Of a stretch of DNA of 64,000 bases, positions 61,060 through 64,000 are shown in pieces; within the stretch, counting starts at the first letter, position 1; every line of letters starts with the position of its first letter. The notes under the pieces are model-generated. The model saw only the letters and a program-made list of their open reading frames with translations. It searched no databases and was not told the origin of the DNA. The position numbers were made by a program, and so were the translations under genes. The stretch lies in contig CM052816.1 of assembly GCA_028534125.1 (NCBI GenBank), positions 53,198,001 through 53,262,000 on the forward strand, given 5' to 3'. The DNA is from Lama glama (taxonomy: Eukaryota).

Positions 61060-61750
61060 TGACACCACTACATATCTACCAGAATGATTAAAATTAAAAG
61101 CATAAAATATTGAGGAAGATGGGGGATTAACCAGAGCTCTCGTCTTTGCTGATAGGAGTATAAGTTGGTACAACTGTTTAGGAAAAAAAATGTTTGGCAG
61201 TATCTTTCAGAGCTGCACATATCTGTATCAAGCAGTTTAGCTCATGGGTGGAAATGTGCTTAAATGTTCCTCAAAAGACATGTACAAGAAAGTTCGTAGC
61301 AGCCCATTCATAAATGGCCCTGTCTGGAAACTGCCCATCAACAATAGCATGGGTAAGTGAATGGTGACATAGTTACACGATAGAATTCAATAGGTAATGT
61401 GAATGATTCATTACATGCAACAATGTGAGTGAATCTCACAGTGCTGAGTAAAAGAAGCCAGACACAAAAGGGGAATACTGTACGATTACATTTATAAAGT
61501 GTACAAAAAGCAAGCAAAACTAAGCTATGCTCTTGGAAGTCACAGTATTGATTACCCCAGGGGAAGGGAGTGACGAGAAACACATAGAGTACTTCTGCGT
61601 TGCTGGTAATGTTCTAGTTGTTTGATCTTTGTGCTGTGTACATGGAATGTGATGAATAGTTTGTGAATATTCACCAAGCTGTGCATATACAACAGATCTA
61701 TTTTTGTATATATCTTATACTCCAATGAAGAAATTAAAAACAAGAATAAA
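61060..61750 (+). mobile_element. Old L1 (L1M) 3' fragment
   Basis: aaaagacatgtacaaga, gtgaatctcaca...aaaagaagccagacacaaaag. Confidence 0.75.
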
Positions 61751-62575
61751 AATGACATAAAACAGCTTCTTGGCCCTTTTGTGCATCCCACAAAAGGCCC
61801 AATAAACTAAATAAACTAAAAAAACTAAAATAAGCCAGCCTAGATTTTTGAATACATTCATTTCACTGGTGGTAGGGAATGATTTAGGCAGACAGTATTA
61901 AATCCAATAGTTCTTTGTTATAAAAGGAATCCATTTTAAAAAATAAATTCAGTACTTAATATATAGAAGGTACCCAAAATTCAAAAGGTCATTAATTATT
62001 AATGAGATTAACTATACACTGATAATCTAGAATAAACTATAAAAAGGAAAAATTAAAACACTATTTCAGACTGTCATTTTCATTTTTTAAATATGACTAT
62101 TAGATCAGCATTGTATAGTGTGTAGATTTATTTTTTAGAAAGATAATTAATTTCATTTAAATTAATTAGTTAACACATTCTCTTGGTTCAAAATTCAAAA
62201 GGTAAAAAAGTATCCTGTCCCTCAGGCAAACAAATCCCTCAGTCAACCAATGTTTCAGTTCTTTTGTGTCCATTAAATATTTTTTGCATGTATAACAAAT
62301 ATGTATAAACAGTCTTTGTTCCCCCCACTTAACAGAGTGGTAGTGGCCCACAGACATTGTCTCTGCCTTGTTTTTTTTTTTTTAACTTAATATATATTCA
62401 CACTCACTTCATATTAAGATGAGGAACTTCCTCTTTTTTAATGGCTTAATAATATTTTATTGTATAATATACTAGGATTTATTTAACATATCCCTGCTGT
62501 CTATGCTTTGCTACTTCACATAAAGCTGAAATGAATAGCTTCCCACATCAGTTATTTTGTACATTTGAATAAATA

Positions 62576-64000
62576 CAAGCATACCGTGTTTTATTGTGCT
62601 TCCCTTTACTGTGATTCACAGACATTGCCTTTTTTACAAATGGAAGGTTCTTGGCAACCCTGTATCCAGCAATTCTCTCAGCACCATTTTTCCAACAGCA
62701 TTTGCTCGCTTCACATCTCAGTGTCACATTTTGGTAATTCTTGCAATACTTCAAACTTTATTATTATTATTATTATTGTGTTTGTTATGGTGACCTTTGA
62801 TCAGTGATCTTTGCTGTTACTATTGTAATTGTCTTGGGGCACCACAGACTTAGCCCCTATGAGACGACAAATTTGATAGATATTGTGTACTCTGATTGCT
62901 TCACTGACCAGCCATTCCCTGTGTTCTGACTGCTCCACTGATTGGCTCTCCCTCCATCTCTCTCCGTCTCCTCAGGCCTCCTTCTCCCCAGAGACACAGC
63001 AATATTGAAATTAGGCCATTTAACAACCCTACAATGGCCTCCAAGTGTTCAAGTGAAAAGAAGAGTCACACATCTCTCAGTTTGAATGAGGAAAGTATGT
63101 CAAAAACAGAGACAGGCAGAAAGTTAGAACTTTTGCATTTAACAGTTAGCCAAGTTGTGAATGCAAAGGAAGAGTTCTTGAAGGAAATTACAAGTGCTTC
63201 TCCAGTGAACACATGGGAAGAACAGAAACAGCCTCATTGCTGATGTGGAGAAAGTTTTAGTGTTCTGGTTAGAAGATGAAACCAGCCGCAATATTCCCTT
63301 AAGCCAGTCTAATCCAGAGCAAAGCCCTAACTCTCTTCAATTCTGTGAAGGCTGAGAGAGGCAAGGAAGCTACAGAAGAAAAATCTGAAGCTTGCAGAGG
63401 TTGGTTCATGAGGTTGAAGGAAAGAAACCATCTCTATAACATAGAAGTGCAAAGTGAAGTGGCAAGTGCTGATGTAGCATCTGCAGCAAGTTGTCCAGAA
63501 GATCCAGCCGAGATCACTGATGAAGGGGCTACACTGCACAACAGATTTTCAGTGTAGATGAAACAGCCTTATAATGAAGGAAGATGCCATCTAGGGTTTT
63601 CATAGCTAGGCAGAAGTCAATGCCTGGCTTCAAAGCTTCAAAGGACAGGCTGACTCTCTTGTTAAGGGGTAATATAGCTGGTGACTTGCAGTTGAAAGTG
63701 CTCATTTACCATTCTGAAAATCCTAGGGCCCTTGAGAATTACACTAAATCTACTCTGCCTGTGCTCTATAAATGGAAAAACAAAGGCTGGTTGACAGCAC
63801 ATCTGATGACAACGTGGTTTACTGAATATTTTCAGCCTACTGTTGAGATCCACTGCTTAGAAAAAAAGAGTCCTTTCTATATAGCACTGCTCATTGACAA
63901 GGCACCCAGTCACCCAAGATCTCTGATGGAGATGTGCAAGGAAATTCGTATTTTTTTTTATGCCTGCTAACATAATATCCATTCTGCAGCCCATGGATCA
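62576..64000 (+). mobile_element. Tigger1 DNA transposon; decayed transposase, runs off the window end
   Basis: TA + CAAGCATACCGTGTTTTATTG start. Broken ORFs [45 protein letters not shown]...LLIDKAPSHP (pogo/Tigger DDE). Confidence 0.93.

Noticed and set aside
63034..63970. Possible TIGD1-like domesticated transposase gene
   Set aside because: Fragmented by stops and frameshifts, and embedded in an ordinary Tigger1 copy with its TIR.
1..64000. CRISPR arrays, operons or prokaryotic defence systems
   Set aside because: The sequence is mammalian; no regularly spaced repeat-spacer structure was seen.

Overview
Mammalian genomic DNA, very probably a camelid (nine copies of a tRNA-derived SINE resembling Vic-1). 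The only intact gene is BHMT (betaine-homocysteine S-methyltransferase). It lies on the minus strand, with 8 coding exons from 55457 down to 39347 giving 1224 nt / 407 aa. All introns are GT-AG, and it has a TATA box and a CpG-island promoter. The rest is mostly interspersed repeats (L1, L2, MIR, L3, ERV/MaLR LTRs, MER/Tigger elements). The main discovery candidate is in the ~37 kb downstream of BHMT: a chain of about 15 decayed minus-strand exon remnants. They have recognisable splice signals, and their conceptual translations repeatedly fit the Sfi1 centrin-binding repeat spacing (A-x7-LL-x3-F/L-x2-W-K/R). This looks like the fossil of a multi-exon SFI1-repeat gene (candidate unitary pseudogene); it was read by eye and needs tBLASTn/HMM confirmation. 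Also noted: an orphan CpG-rich NRF1/YY1 promoter-like element inside that fossil, a diverged 170-bp direct repeat, CTCF-like sites, and two in-frame exon-like segments upstream of BHMT.
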